From Minisyncoccia bacterium (lineage in GTDB: Bacteria; Patescibacteriota; Minisyncoccia; Phycocordibacterales; UBA918): a DNA stretch of 64,000 nt. The notes below the pieces were generated by a model. It did not search any database. It saw nothing but the letters and a program-made list of their open reading frames with translations, and was not told where the DNA came from. Each line of letters opens with the position of its first letter. Positions within the stretch are counted from its first letter, which is position 1. This document shows, one piece after another, positions 19,894-30,056 of this stretch. Location: contig JBGSPE010000011.1 of NCBI GenBank assembly GCA_041738755.1, positions 6,658 to 70,657 of the forward strand, given 5' to 3'. A program made the position numbers and the translations under genes.

Positions 19894-20412
19894 TTATACC
19901 GTTTCTTCAGCCTCTGTGCTACCAGCGGTCTCGACAGGAACAACCTCATCTTCTACTTCGACATCGGCTTCAATTTCATCTACATCGATTGTTTCAACCT
20001 TCTTTGAAGCGATTGCTTCATGGAAGTAAAATGGATGCGCTTCTTCTACTTTGGTCAATCGGATGAGTAGGTGTCGGAGTAACTCCTTCATTCCCTCAAC
20101 TGTTTCAGTGACTTCAGCGAGCTTAGCTGGTTCAAGCTTGAACCGAACCCAGCCAAAGTAGGCACTGGTAAATTTTCGATTGCGTCCTTCAAGGTACTTA
20201 TCGATTTCGTATGCGAGATCGAATCGGGCAGGAGTTTCTTCATCGAAGAGTTCTGCGCCGGCTTTGGTAAGGTGGTTTTTGATGGTAGCAAAAACCGTAG
20301 CAACTTCCCCTTCAGCAACCGTTGGAAGTACGTGGAAGGCTAGTTCGTAGCTCGCAAGCTCTCGCTCGCTTCCTACACCGGCCTCGGCTGCTGGCATTTG
20401 TGAATCTGACAT
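19894..20412 (-). CDS. rpsF: 30S ribosomal protein S6 with acidic tail
   Basis: YELAF, LAYEI.K, AYFGW..F, LLRHLLIR; first gene of rpsF-ssb-rpsR. Confidence 0.9.
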   Translation of the reverse strand: MSDSQMPAAEAGVGSERELASYELAFHVLPTVAEGEVATVFATIKNHLTKAGAELFDEETPARFDLAYEIDKYLEGRNRKFTSAYFGWVRFKLEPAKLAEVTETVEGMKELLRHLLIRLTKVEEAHPFYFHEAIASKKVETIDVDEIEADVEVEDEVVPVETAGSTEAEETV

Positions 20413-20498
20413 TTAATTGTGTTGATCTAGTAACGAGCAAAACCTTACCATATATGTAGTCCCTGTTCAAGACACGGTCAGACTGATAGAATAGTGAC

Positions 20499-21422
20499 AT
20501 GTTGAATGTCTCTAAAGTAACTTGGCTCTTTGTCGTAATCTCTCTTTTGGCTATCGCAACAGCCGGGTACCTGGCTTTCGTAAGTATTGACCAAAAAGAC
20601 CAGATTGCCATGTTGCTTGAAGAGCGAAATATCTTTCTGACCAAATCTACTGCCCTTGAAGGGGAACTTAATACTGCAACCACTACGATTCTGACACTTG
20701 AAACTGAACTAGCCGGTCTCACGGGCGACTACTCTGCCCTCTCCGAAAACTACGAAGGAGAACGAAATAGAAATGAAGAATTTGAAGGTACTATTAAAGA
20801 ATTGGCCGGAACGGTTGGAGTACTTGATAAACTTTCTAAAACCGATGAGGAGTTATTGCAAAAGTATTCAAAAGTCTCATTTCTCAACGAACACTTTATT
20901 CCAGATAGCTTGAGTAAAATTGAACCAGCAAATGTCTACGACGAGAGTCGTGAGCACTACTTACACAGTAAAGTTGTGCCGTACCTCGAAGAGATGGCTG
21001 AAGATGCCAAAGCAGACGGCATTGATCTTTGGGTTGTGTCCGCCTACCGGTCATTTGAATACCAAGCTCAACTGAAGGGTCAGTACTTGGTAACCTACGG
21101 GACCGGTGCAAATGCGTTTTCTGCAGACCAAGGATTTTCGGAACACCAACTCGGAACTGCGGTTGATTTCACAACTGCGGGCCGGGGTGGAGCACTCGAT
21201 GGTTTTGAAACCACACCAGCCTACGCCTGGCTCCAAGAAAACGCACATGATTATGGCTTTACCCTGTCGTATCCGGAAGGCAACGCCTACTATGTATTTG
21301 AGCCTTGGCACTGGCGGTTTGTCGGAACCAAATTAGCTCGCGACCTCAAGAATGAAAACGCCAGCTTCTACGACTGGGAACAACGAAAAATCAACGAGTA
21401 CCTCATCAATATCTTTGATTAA
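20499..21422 (+). CDS. D-Ala-D-Ala carboxypeptidase (M15B/VanY-like) with coiled-coil stalk
   Basis: SAYRS..YQ, SEHQLGTAVD, EPWHWRFVG. Confidence 0.92.
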   Translation: MLNVSKVTWLFVVISLLAIATAGYLAFVSIDQKDQIAMLLEERNIFLTKSTALEGELNTATTTILTLETELAGLTGDYSALSENYEGERNRNEEFEGTIKELAGTVGVLDKLSKTDEELLQKYSKVSFLNEHFIPDSLSKIEPANVYDESREHYLHSKVVPYLEEMAEDAKADGIDLWVVSAYRSFEYQAQLKGQYLVTYGTGANAFSADQGFSEHQLGTAVDFTTAGRGGALDGFETTPAYAWLQENAHDYGFTLSYPEGNAYYVFEPWHWRFVGTKLARDLKNENASFYDWEQRKINEYLINIFD

Positions 21423-21523
21423 TCTTAAAGGCCCACCATGTTTACATGGTGGGCCTTTGCTTTCGGTCGCCAAATTACAGGGACCTCTAGGTTTGTATAA
21501 TTGGTGTATCTGTATGAAGAATT

Positions 21524-23620
21524 TTATTCTTTATGAACGCTCTCTTTTCTTCCAATGAACGCGGTTGAAATCAGTAAGACTCCGACGATGAAGAACGTAA
21601 CGATTCGCATCGTGATTGATAGTTCCCAAATTTCAACCAAGAGTAATCGTGCGACTACCCCACACAAGATACCTGCCCCCCAGAGACGAATGAATGATAG
21701 TTCTTTTATCCGTCCATAGACAAAGAGAACTAAGCCAATAACCGCATACGTTATCAAACTAATCGTAGTCGCAATACCATCAGCAAAGACGGCATGAAAC
21801 ACCAGCCACAGGTATATGAGTGAGTACAAACCTGCGAGAGAACCGAGTATCTGAACAGGTTTTTCTGAAGCTGCGCGCACAGCTTTTTGGAACGTAACAA
21901 TTGTTGCCAGCCAAAAGCCGAGTGTAATCGAAAGCAACATAAGTGAATCCAGGTGGAATAGGCCACCGTACCAGTCTAGACCAGTTATGTATTCAAACGA
22001 TAATAAAATCAAATACGGGTATGTGATCGAGAGCGTCATCGCCCACAGTTTAAGCACACGAATCTGCAGACGAACCGAGATGCTGTACGCTACCGTACTT
22101 CCCACCGCCACTACAAGACTAAATATTGTTGCAGCCAGGGTAAGTTCAAAGAGCACATTGAGCACAAGCAAGAACTGGATTAACACGAAACCAGCAGCAG
22201 TTCCAAGCAGGGTTACGCTGGCAAACAAGTGACGCTGTTCTTCCTTACCTCGACGCAAGCTGATTCCAGCCACGAGCAATGATGCTGTTACAACTAAAAG
22301 TGCAGCGAAGTCACGGTGCCAGATAGCTGTCTCCCACTGCGGTGACGTCATATGCTCAGTTGCGACCAAACACAATGGGAGGTAGAGCCAGGCTAGTGCT
22401 TGCCTCGCACTGCTATCAACTGAAACAAAACGAGTTGCCACAATGACAAGTGCCAGCTGTGCAGCATAGACCATGGTAAGGACTACTCCAGAGAATAGAT
22501 TGGCCGTCAAAGCCACCGCAAAGGCAAGACCGACCGCCCCATAGAGGTAGAAGGGCTCTTTTTTTCCCGTTCTTTGAAAGACAAAGAATCCAGCCAAGAT
22601 AGATATCACCATCCAGGCCGCGTAAAGAAAACTCTCAAATGCACCGCTCGTAGCTCCAGCAATCCAGAAGTACAGATAGAGTCCTGTACCAAGTCCCGTG
22701 ATGAGATGACTTGCCTTCATCGTATCAGCGTGGTGATTTAAAAGGCTGACAACATTACTTACAAAGAAACAGGCCGTGAAGGCAAAGGCAAAGATGAGGC
22801 CTTGGGTAAGTTGCTCCCCTGATACCCCTTCGGTAAAGTACGCACTCCAAAATATTACCACCCCCAGTGCAATTGGTGTTAGTACCAATGTATCAATACG
22901 GAAACCGACCCATAAGGTACCAAGAATCAAAAGCAGTAAGTAGGTTGAGAATCCAAGTAGGCTTGGTTCGGGTGAAGCGGTAAAGAATGGAGCGAGTGTA
23001 CCAAGTACAAAACTGGCGATAGCAAGTCCTGGTATCCGATCTCGAACACTCAACCAATTTGCTACTACTACCGGAATCACCATGAGTCCCAAAGCAATTG
23101 TTGGGGTGAAAAATCCATATAGCTCCCTAGCTGCCCATACACTCATAATGGTAATGGCTGATCCCAGCACGATAAAAATACTCCCTTGTTGCTGATTCAC
23201 CTTGAGGCGGTACGCACCAAAGGCAAATACACCTAAACCAGCGGCTACTCCAAAAAGTACTCTTCCCCATGGACCAATCCAATTATTGGCAAAGGCATAA
23301 CTTACAAACCAGCCAAACGCAATGAGCAATAAGAGTGCTCCAAGCTTTACGAAAAAGTCTTTTTTGAGCCAGGCAAAAGCATCAGCCGGCGGAGCATCAG
23401 GTGGTAGCGGCACGGCTTGTGGCATTGGTACCGGTGGCGGCACTGGCACCGATGGAGAAACTGCCGGTGGAATGGGTGACAACGAGGGCTGATACAGAGG
23501 TGCAGTTGCAACAGTTCTGATATCCGACTCCTTACCTTTTACTTTTTCTTCAAGCTCGGTTACCCGACGCGAAACGATATAGATATAGGCTGCGAGAATC
23601 GCAATAAGGATATATTCCAT
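21524..23620 (-). CDS. DUF2339-family polytopic membrane protein
   Basis: Pro-rich linker, KLGALLLL...YAF...WIGP.GR, terminal R.V.FF.VG.LL. Confidence 0.85.
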   Translation of the reverse strand: MEYILIAILAAYIYIVSRRVTELEEKVKGKESDIRTVATAPLYQPSLSPIPPAVSPSVPVPPPVPMPQAVPLPPDAPPADAFAWLKKDFFVKLGALLLLIAFGWFVSYAFANNWIGPWGRVLFGVAAGLGVFAFGAYRLKVNQQQGSIFIVLGSAITIMSVWAARELYGFFTPTIALGLMVIPVVVANWLSVRDRIPGLAIASFVLGTLAPFFTASPEPSLLGFSTYLLLLILGTLWVGFRIDTLVLTPIALGVVIFWSAYFTEGVSGEQLTQGLIFAFAFTACFFVSNVVSLLNHHADTMKASHLITGLGTGLYLYFWIAGATSGAFESFLYAAWMVISILAGFFVFQRTGKKEPFYLYGAVGLAFAVALTANLFSGVVLTMVYAAQLALVIVATRFVSVDSSARQALAWLYLPLCLVATEHMTSPQWETAIWHRDFAALLVVTASLLVAGISLRRGKEEQRHLFASVTLLGTAAGFVLIQFLLVLNVLFELTLAATIFSLVVAVGSTVAYSISVRLQIRVLKLWAMTLSITYPYLILLSFEYITGLDWYGGLFHLDSLMLLSITLGFWLATIVTFQKAVRAASEKPVQILGSLAGLYSLIYLWLVFHAVFADGIATTISLITYAVIGLVLFVYGRIKELSFIRLWGAGILCGVVARLLLVEIWELSITMRIVTFFIVGVLLISTAFIGRKESVHKE

Positions 23621-23680
23621 GATACGGCTGGATTAAATAAATATACTTTCAGTATATCATTTGAAATGGCCGTCTCTTTC

Positions 23681-24544
23681 TTACTTTTGACCGAGGCTGG
23701 GGTACAACTGGACTGCGTTTTGTATAAGCTGGTGGCGTACCTTTTCTTCTTCCTCACCACGGATAAGGGCGATTGTCTTGTACACTTCCTCTACCATCCA
23801 CGGTTCTGCTCGCTTCCCACGGTATGGAACTGGCGCAACGTATGGACAGTCGGTTTCAGCATGAATGTTTTGCAGTGGCAGGGCTCGAACAACCTCTTCA
23901 TACACCTTGGCAAAGGTAATCACACCCGTGAACGAAACAGTGCCACCAAGCGCAAAGAAATTCTCAGCTTCTTTAATGGTACCAGCATAAAAATGAACAT
24001 TAAACGATACTTTGGCGTACTGTTTCAAGACTTCATAAACATCGAAGTAGACACTCCGTCCGGTCGGACTAGTCTCCCCTGGCTTTGGTCCACGGGTATG
24101 AATCATTAAGGGGAGGTTGTGCTCATTAGCAAACTGAATTTGGGCGATAAAATTTTCTTCTTGTACCGCATACGTCTCTGGTGGACAATGCCAATAATCA
24201 AAGCCACACTCACCAACTCCCACCACCTTAGGATGCTTCGCGAGTTCATCGTAGAACGCTTTATCAAACGATTCACCTCTACTGGTAAATGGAGCAGCTC
24301 CCTCTCCGGTTTCTTCTTCGTCATGGCGACCAGGGACAGTCTGAATAGGATGCAAACCAATAATGGCGTACATATGATCATACTCTCCCGCCAACTCTAC
24401 CGCTCTCTTACTGGTGCTTTCTTTTGTGCCGACATTAATTATTGCCACTCCCTTATCAGCACACGCAATAGCCACTTCAGCTACATCCTCATTGAAAGCC
24501 GATAGATTTAAATGGGCGTGTGTATCGATGTATTTAGTTTCCAT
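23681..24544 (-). CDS. tatD: TatD-family hydrolase
   Basis: IDTHAHL, GLHP, GECGFDY, ETDCPY.APVP.RGK. Confidence 0.95.
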   Translation of the reverse strand: METKYIDTHAHLNLSAFNEDVAEVAIACADKGVAIINVGTKESTSKRAVELAGEYDHMYAIIGLHPIQTVPGRHDEEETGEGAAPFTSRGESFDKAFYDELAKHPKVVGVGECGFDYWHCPPETYAVQEENFIAQIQFANEHNLPLMIHTRGPKPGETSPTGRSVYFDVYEVLKQYAKVSFNVHFYAGTIKEAENFFALGGTVSFTGVITFAKVYEEVVRALPLQNIHAETDCPYVAPVPYRGKRAEPWMVEEVYKTIALIRGEEEEKVRHQLIQNAVQLYPSLGQK

Positions 24545-24929
24545 ATAGTTCCTGGTGACGTTGTTTTAAATCTACTTTTTGTTTGGCTTTGATAGCGTCC
24601 CACTTCTCTTCCGACACTTCAAGGAAGGCTGGAGCGCGCTCGGTGTATTTTTCAAGTCCATGTGCGAGAACTGCTTCAATGTTTGAGATGTATCCAGCTC
24701 GTTCAAGCTGTGCCAACACGCACGCATAGTCCCAAGCGATATCAGACAGCTCATCTGTCAAATATACCTGGTTGTCAATTTTGATTTCAGCTGCGACTTC
24801 TTCAACCTCATCTCGTAAGCCTGACAAATATTGCAGAGCGATAACGTCACTATCTCTACCCTGAAGACTGGGATTATGTTGAATATTCTCACGTGCCAAA
24901 GCAATGAGCTTTAAAAAGACTTCACTCAT
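24534..24929 (-). CDS. MazG-like nucleotide pyrophosphohydrolase
   Basis: DEVEEV..EI....LTDELSDI acidic motif, KY..RAP. Confidence 0.75.
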   Translation of the reverse strand: MSEVFLKLIALARENIQHNPSLQGRDSDVIALQYLSGLRDEVEEVAAEIKIDNQVYLTDELSDIAWDYACVLAQLERAGYISNIEAVLAHGLEKYTERAPAFLEVSEEKWDAIKAKQKVDLKQRHQELYGN

Positions 24930-25468
24930 AAAGCCAAAAAATCTTTTATATAAGATTCGTAATCATTGAAATCAAGATAGTCATGCGTATCACCCTCGGT
25001 TGAAACAATGGTGAAGTAGCTACCATATTGTTGTAGCTTTGCGACTGTAAAATCATGACTCGTTGTTGGATCATCGATATTATGAAACGCCATACTCGGA
25101 ACAGTAAATTCTTGAAGAGCTGACCAATCTTCTGCATAGATATCCTTGGCGGCCATATCAAGTGGCATCCCAAAGAGCACGGCCTTTTTTGGATCTATTG
25201 CTCCGTCTGCAAACGCTTCTAAAGCCAATAAAGAACCTACCGACTTTGCAAACACATACCAGTCCCCTGCTTCATTTTGGTTATCATCAACGGTGATTTC
25301 GATTTTTTCAATCTCAGCTTCAAAATCAATTCTCTGCTCACCGGTTGACCAATGATTATAGTTTTGGACATACACGACATCAAACCAATCGAGGAAATAT
25401 TGCGCACACGCCTCACCCCACGCTTTGTTACGTTGGCTATTACCCGGCAGTATGAGGAGTTTTTTCAT
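24926..25468 (-). CDS. small alpha/beta hydrolase-fold protein
   Basis: LPGNS, AKSVGS elbow, D..P and TH.Y. Confidence 0.7.
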   Translation of the reverse strand: MKKLLILPGNSQRNKAWGEACAQYFLDWFDVVYVQNYNHWSTGEQRIDFEAEIEKIEITVDDNQNEAGDWYVFAKSVGSLLALEAFADGAIDPKKAVLFGMPLDMAAKDIYAEDWSALQEFTVPSMAFHNIDDPTTSHDFTVAKLQQYGSYFTIVSTEGDTHDYLDFNDYESYIKDFLAL

Positions 25469-26897
25469 ATGGTGACTCTAATCTGGTAAAGAGATTGTCT
25501 GGTTTTTTATTGGCTCGGACGGCGGCTCTGATAAGCGTACTTGTCTCCGGCATGCTCGGCAATAAAAGACGACCAATGTGAAGCAGGTCCGCCCGTAATT
25601 CTCCAATGATAATTTTTGCTTCTGCTTCATTTGTTTTAATGAGCTTGAATGGTTCAGTCTTGGTAATTTTTTCATCAAGTGCTTGTACCAAAGACCAAAT
25701 ATGATCCATTGCGGGTTGAAATGAAATCATATCCGGCACATCAAGTGTTGTAGGGTCAAGAAGCGGAAAATCTTCGGGCTCTAGGTGTGACTCAGCCATT
25801 TTCATTATGCGTGCTGTGAGATTACCTAAGCCATTGACGAGATTGGCCGTGTAGTACTCGTCCATCTTTTCCCAGGTAAGATCAGAGTCATCAAAGGGAT
25901 GAACGTGCCGTAAGAGGATATATCGAGTAGCATCCGTCCCGTAACGAGCCACCATCTCACTCGGGGAAATAACGTTACCAATGCTCTTGCTCATCTTCTG
26001 TCCGCCGCTATTAATGAAGCCGTGATAGTAGATAGTGTCAGTTGGCTTGATATCAGCTGAGAATAACATGGCTTGCCAGATAATTGACTGGAAGCGGACC
26101 TGATCTTTACCAGCCAATTGCAGGGTTTCCCCCTCATGCCAGAATTTCTTAAACTGTCCCTCCTCTTCTGGCCAACCGAGCGTCGAGATGTAATTGGTCA
26201 GAGCATCAAACCACACGTACATAACATGATCGTCATCGCCCGGTACGGGTACTCCCCAATCCATTCGGCTCTTTTGGCGGGAGATGCTCAAGTCTTCAAG
26301 CCCACCTTTTACAAAATCTATTGCCCACTGCCGTTGCCACTCTGGTGTTATAGAAGATTCTTTGGCGTAGAGTTCGAGCAATGCGTCTTCATAGTTTGAA
26401 AGACGGAAGAAATAATTCTCTTCTTCCAGTTCTACTGGCTCCATAGTCGGATGATTAGGGCACCGACCGTCAACCAAGTCACTCTCGCGTAAAAACATCT
26501 CATCACCAACACAGTAAAGACCTTTAAAGGTTTTTTTGTAGATGTCACACTTCTCCAAGCAGCGTTGCCAAATAGCTTGGGCAGCTGCTTTGTGCCCAGC
26601 ATCGGTAGTCCGAATAAAGTTGTCGTAGGAGAGATTCAAACCATCTTTGAGGGTGCTAAACGTGCTCGCGTAATAATCGACATATGCTTGTCTATCCTTC
26701 CCTTCAGCATCCGCTTTTTGGGCTACTTTTTGACCATGCTCATCAGTCCCCGTATTGAAAAAAACCTCGTGTCCCATCAGGCGATAGTAGCGCGCCAAGG
26801 TATCAGCCTGAACTATCTCAAGCGCAAACCCAATATGTGGCTCGGCATTCACATACGGCAAGGTAGTGGATATATACTTGGCTTTTTTGGCTTCCAT
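25440..26897 (-). CDS. metG: methionyl-tRNA synthetase
   Basis: PYVNAEPHIGF, GTDEHG, YVWFDAL, KMSKS. Confidence 0.97.
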   Translation of the reverse strand: MEAKKAKYISTTLPYVNAEPHIGFALEIVQADTLARYYRLMGHEVFFNTGTDEHGQKVAQKADAEGKDRQAYVDYYASTFSTLKDGLNLSYDNFIRTTDAGHKAAAQAIWQRCLEKCDIYKKTFKGLYCVGDEMFLRESDLVDGRCPNHPTMEPVELEEENYFFRLSNYEDALLELYAKESSITPEWQRQWAIDFVKGGLEDLSISRQKSRMDWGVPVPGDDDHVMYVWFDALTNYISTLGWPEEEGQFKKFWHEGETLQLAGKDQVRFQSIIWQAMLFSADIKPTDTIYYHGFINSGGQKMSKSIGNVISPSEMVARYGTDATRYILLRHVHPFDDSDLTWEKMDEYYTANLVNGLGNLTARIMKMAESHLEPEDFPLLDPTTLDVPDMISFQPAMDHIWSLVQALDEKITKTEPFKLIKTNEAEAKIIIGELRADLLHIGRLLLPSMPETSTLIRAAVRANKKPDNLFTRLESPYEKTPHTAG

Positions 26898-27019
26898 ATC
26901 GCTCACTGTATCACAATTACACAAGGTTATACATCAGTTCTTTATAATTCGTGAAGTATTGATTTTATTGTAAATAATGTTACCGTAAAAGCCGTCCAAT
27001 TACAGTGAGGAGAAAGTTC

Positions 27020-27196
27020 ATGAAGTTCTTGAAGGACAACAGCGGTGCCACGGCTATCGAATATGGCCTGATTGCAGCGTTGATTGCGATACTTATCCTG
27101 ACGGTTATTACCGCCTTCACGTCCAAAGCCGATGAAGAAGCGCCGGTGTCTGTCGAAGAGATCGATGAATATGAACAAGTTTATGGGGATCCGTGA
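27020..27196 (+). CDS. flp: Flp/Fap type IVb pilin
   Basis: FLKDNSG|ATAIEYGLIAALIA Flp motif; GAGGAG SD. Confidence 0.88.
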   Translation: MKFLKDNSGATAIEYGLIAALIAILILTVITAFTSKADEEAPVSVEEIDEYEQVYGDP

Positions 27197-27355
27197 CGTT
27201 ACAAGGTCTCACATCCGCTATTTCGCAACCACCTCCTAAGAAGGGTGGTTGCATTTTTATACACTCTTGGAAAACATAACCCACCCCCACCGGCTTCATT
27301 GTCACCAAAAGTATCCTCGTGCTATAGTCACGTTCTTACACACCAAAGGGGGTGA

Positions 27356-27511
27356 ATGATGAATAAGTTCTTTCTATTTCTGCAGGCTTTTTTGAGCCTG
27401 GAAGTGGGGGTGGTAGTAGCTATTATGGTCGGAGCTATCGCAGCCACGGGGAGTATTGACTCTCGAAAAGATGCTGTGGTGAGCGTTGGGGTGCTGACGG
27501 TAGTACCGTAA
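27356..27511 (+). CDS. 51-aa hydrophobic microprotein
   Basis: Hand-translated MMNKFFLFLQAFLSLEVGVVVAIMVGAIAATG...; SD AAGGGGGTG. Confidence 0.5.
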   Translation: MMNKFFLFLQAFLSLEVGVVVAIMVGAIAATGSIDSRKDAVVSVGVLTVVP

Positions 27512-27603
27512 CGCTTCACTCTTTGATGAATACCTAGTTGCGTTTTTGCTGGTAGGTTGGTATAACATTTGTCCCATTCATGGGACAACCGAGGAGAAGT
27601 GAC

Positions 27604-27831
27604 ATGAAGAAGTTCGTTCTTTCCGCCATCATCGCTGCAGCTGGCACCGGCATTGCCTACGCCGCCAAGCAGGGCAAGCTCAGGCCGGCCGCCGACAAGA
27701 TGAAGCCCGCGCTCGACAAGGTGAAGGACATTCCGCTCGTCGCTGCAGCTGTCGACAAGGTCAAGGACCTGCGTTCGTCCGAAGCAGGAAACGATGACCC
27801 GATGATGCGCGACCAGGCCGAAGCCGCCTAA
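27604..27831 (+). CDS. 75-aa membrane-anchored microprotein, high GC
   Basis: GAGGAG SD, MKKFVLSAIIAAAGTGIAY, GC3-rich codons, hairpin at 27872-27902. Confidence 0.7.
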   Translation: MKKFVLSAIIAAAGTGIAYAAKQGKLRPAADKMKPALDKVKDIPLVAAAVDKVKDLRSSEAGNDDPMMRDQAEAA

Positions 27832-27964
27832 GCAGCCCAGCCTGACCTGCGAGGAAACCAAGCGATTACCCATCCCCGCTGCACAATCTGTGCGGCGGGG
27901 ATTTTTGTAAGAAAACCCCTTACTACGCGTCTTAAGGTCTGGAATAAACAGCTGGAGAATACTC

Positions 27965-28096
27965 TTGAGCATTCAGTACCTTGAAGAAGTCAGGCCTCAT
28001 AAAGTTCCCCTGCTTAAAGTGACAGCGTGGGGATACACCGCGGCCTTCGTACTATGGGCAGCCTACCAGACAATGCCTGTTTGGTGGCCGTTTTAA
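27965..28096 (+). CDS. 43-aa single-TM microprotein
   Basis: Hand-translated from TTG after GGAG: SIQYLEEVRPHKVPLLKVTAWGYTAAFVLWAAYQTMPVWWPF; hairpin at 28106-28135. Confidence 0.45.
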   Translation: MSIQYLEEVRPHKVPLLKVTAWGYTAAFVLWAAYQTMPVWWPF

Positions 28097-28198
28097 AATT
28101 TGTCCAACCCCCTGCACAATTTGGTGCAGGGGGTTTTGTAAGAGAATGAGCACTGAATCGTCTAGGGTAAGAGAAGTTCACAAACAAGGGGAAATACC

Positions 28199-28321
28199 AT
28201 GAAAAACACAAAATTGCTCCTCCTTGTAATTGCACTTGCGCTCGTTCCGGTTGCCTGCAACGAAGTAAGTGCTACGCTCGGACCGGTCCTCGACAAAGTC
28301 GAGCAAAAATTAGCTCGCTAA
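28199..28321 (+). CDS. 40-aa putative small lipoprotein
   Basis: MKNTKLLLLVIALALVPVAC-NEVS..., lipobox-like Cys; SD AAGGGG; hairpin at 28341-28371. Confidence 0.6.
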   Translation: MKNTKLLLLVIALALVPVACNEVSATLGPVLDKVEQKLAR

Positions 28322-28371
28322 TGGTGCCGAAGACCAAACTAAAACCGCGTCGATACTCTCGACGCGGTTTT

Positions 28372-30045
28372 TTATTGTAATTTCGTGATGAGTTCAGTGA
28401 TGGCAACTCGCTCTTGCTCTCCGGTATCACGATGTCGAATGGTAACCGTGTCCAAAAGTTCTGGAGCATCTTGGCCAAGCGTTTCAAAATCAATTACCAC
28501 GCAGTACGGTGTACCGATTTCATCTTGGCGACGATACCGCTTGCCCACATTGCTGTTATCGTCCCAAATGACGTTACCAAACTCTTTCTTTAACATCATG
28601 AAGACTTCCCTGGCTTTCGCAACCAGCTCTGGCTTATTCTTTAGAAGCGGTGAAACCGCTACCCGGTACGGGGCCAAGTGGCTAGGTAACTTCAAGTAGG
28701 TACGGATTTCGCCGTTCATTTCATCTTCTGTATAGGCTTCGCAGAGGACTGCCGTAAAAGCTCGACCAACTCCGAACGATGGCTCCAGGACATGTGGAAT
28801 AAATGGTGCACCTTCAGCCGGTACGTACCGCATTTTTGTACCACTGGCTTCTTCGTGACTCTTAAGGTCATGATCAGTCCGGTAGGCAAATCCCGCCAAC
28901 TCATCAAAGCCCTTCCCTGGATAATTATATTCAAAATCAATTGTCCGCTTACTGTAGTGAGCGAGGTCGTTTTCTGGTACTTCGTACTCACGAATATTGT
29001 CCGGAGACAAACCAAGATGGTTATGCCAAGCAATAATATCCTGTCGAAGTTTTTCAAATTCAGCTTCCCACTCACTTTCGTTTACGAAATATTCAATTTC
29101 CATTTGTTCAAATTCTCGAACGCGGAAAAGAAATTCACGTGGAGCGATTTCGTTCCGAAAGGCCTTCCCTATCTGAGCAATCCCAAATGGTATTTTGGGT
29201 GACATTGAATCAACAACGTTTTTGAAGTTTACAAAAATCCCCTGAGCTGTTTCTGGTCGAAGGTAAGACTTTATGTCTCCCTGAGCTCCGACTTGGGTCT
29301 CAAACATTAAGTTGAAATCTTTTGGTGCAGTCCATGCTTTTTTACCACAATTTTTTGTTTTACAAGTAACTAAATGTCTCAAATAGTGATAAACGGCTGG
29401 TTGATGGAAATGGCTAAAATCAGATAAGAATTTATTCAGTACTTGTTCAAAATTATGAGTCGGATGTACCTGGTTCTCAATAATTAAGTCGAAATCAACA
29501 TCAAGGTCTCTAAATAAATCGACCATCATTTTGCTAAAAAATAATTTAAAATTATTTTGTTCAGCAATATCATATGATGTTTTTTCGATATATCCCCCAT
29601 ATATACCTAGCTGCATGTCTTCGTTATATCCAATGAACGAATCGAGTGAACTTAGAGATTGAAAAAATTCTTTAAATTGAGATTGTATTTCCGATTGTAT
29701 CTCTTGTAATTTTTTCTCATCTTCAATTAAATGATCGGCACGATATCTAGTATTACAATTCTGACAGATAACTATAGGGTCAGAAAATCCAGCCCCCGTA
29801 TGTCCACTCGCTTCCCAGACTTTCTCATTCATTAAAATTGCCGCATCAAGTCCATACATATCTTCGCGACCATCAACAAACAATTTCCACCACTCGCTCT
29901 TAATTCGGTTATTGAGCGCTACGCCAAGGGGACCTAGGTCCCAGGTACCTTTCAGTCCTCCGTAGATTTCACTCCCTTGGAATACAAATCCCCGCCTTTT
30001 ACAAAGGGATACAATCTTCTCCATCTTATCGTCGTGTGTGCTCAT
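28372..30045 (-). CDS. glyQS: glycyl-tRNA synthetase (alpha2 type) with a large insertion
   Basis: LCKRRGF, YLRPETAQG, FRNEI.PR.FLFRVREFEQME, GKRYRRQDEIGTP. Confidence 0.97.
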   Translation of the reverse strand: MSTHDDKMEKIVSLCKRRGFVFQGSEIYGGLKGTWDLGPLGVALNNRIKSEWWKLFVDGREDMYGLDAAILMNEKVWEASGHTGAGFSDPIVICQNCNTRYRADHLIEDEKKLQEIQSEIQSQFKEFFQSLSSLDSFIGYNEDMQLGIYGGYIEKTSYDIAEQNNFKLFFSKMMVDLFRDLDVDFDLIIENQVHPTHNFEQVLNKFLSDFSHFHQPAVYHYLRHLVTCKTKNCGKKAWTAPKDFNLMFETQVGAQGDIKSYLRPETAQGIFVNFKNVVDSMSPKIPFGIAQIGKAFRNEIAPREFLFRVREFEQMEIEYFVNESEWEAEFEKLRQDIIAWHNHLGLSPDNIREYEVPENDLAHYSKRTIDFEYNYPGKGFDELAGFAYRTDHDLKSHEEASGTKMRYVPAEGAPFIPHVLEPSFGVGRAFTAVLCEAYTEDEMNGEIRTYLKLPSHLAPYRVAVSPLLKNKPELVAKAREVFMMLKKEFGNVIWDDNSNVGKRYRRQDEIGTPYCVVIDFETLGQDAPELLDTVTIRHRDTGEQERVAITELITKLQ

Positions 30046-30056
30046 GGGATTATAGG

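Noticed and set aside
27328-27972. 214-aa minus-strand ORF
   Set aside because: Antisense to + strand microproteins that have SD motifs, coding-like codon bias and terminators.
29365-29730. Intein or intron in glyS
   Set aside because: In frame, with no C/S...HN termini and no endonuclease motifs.
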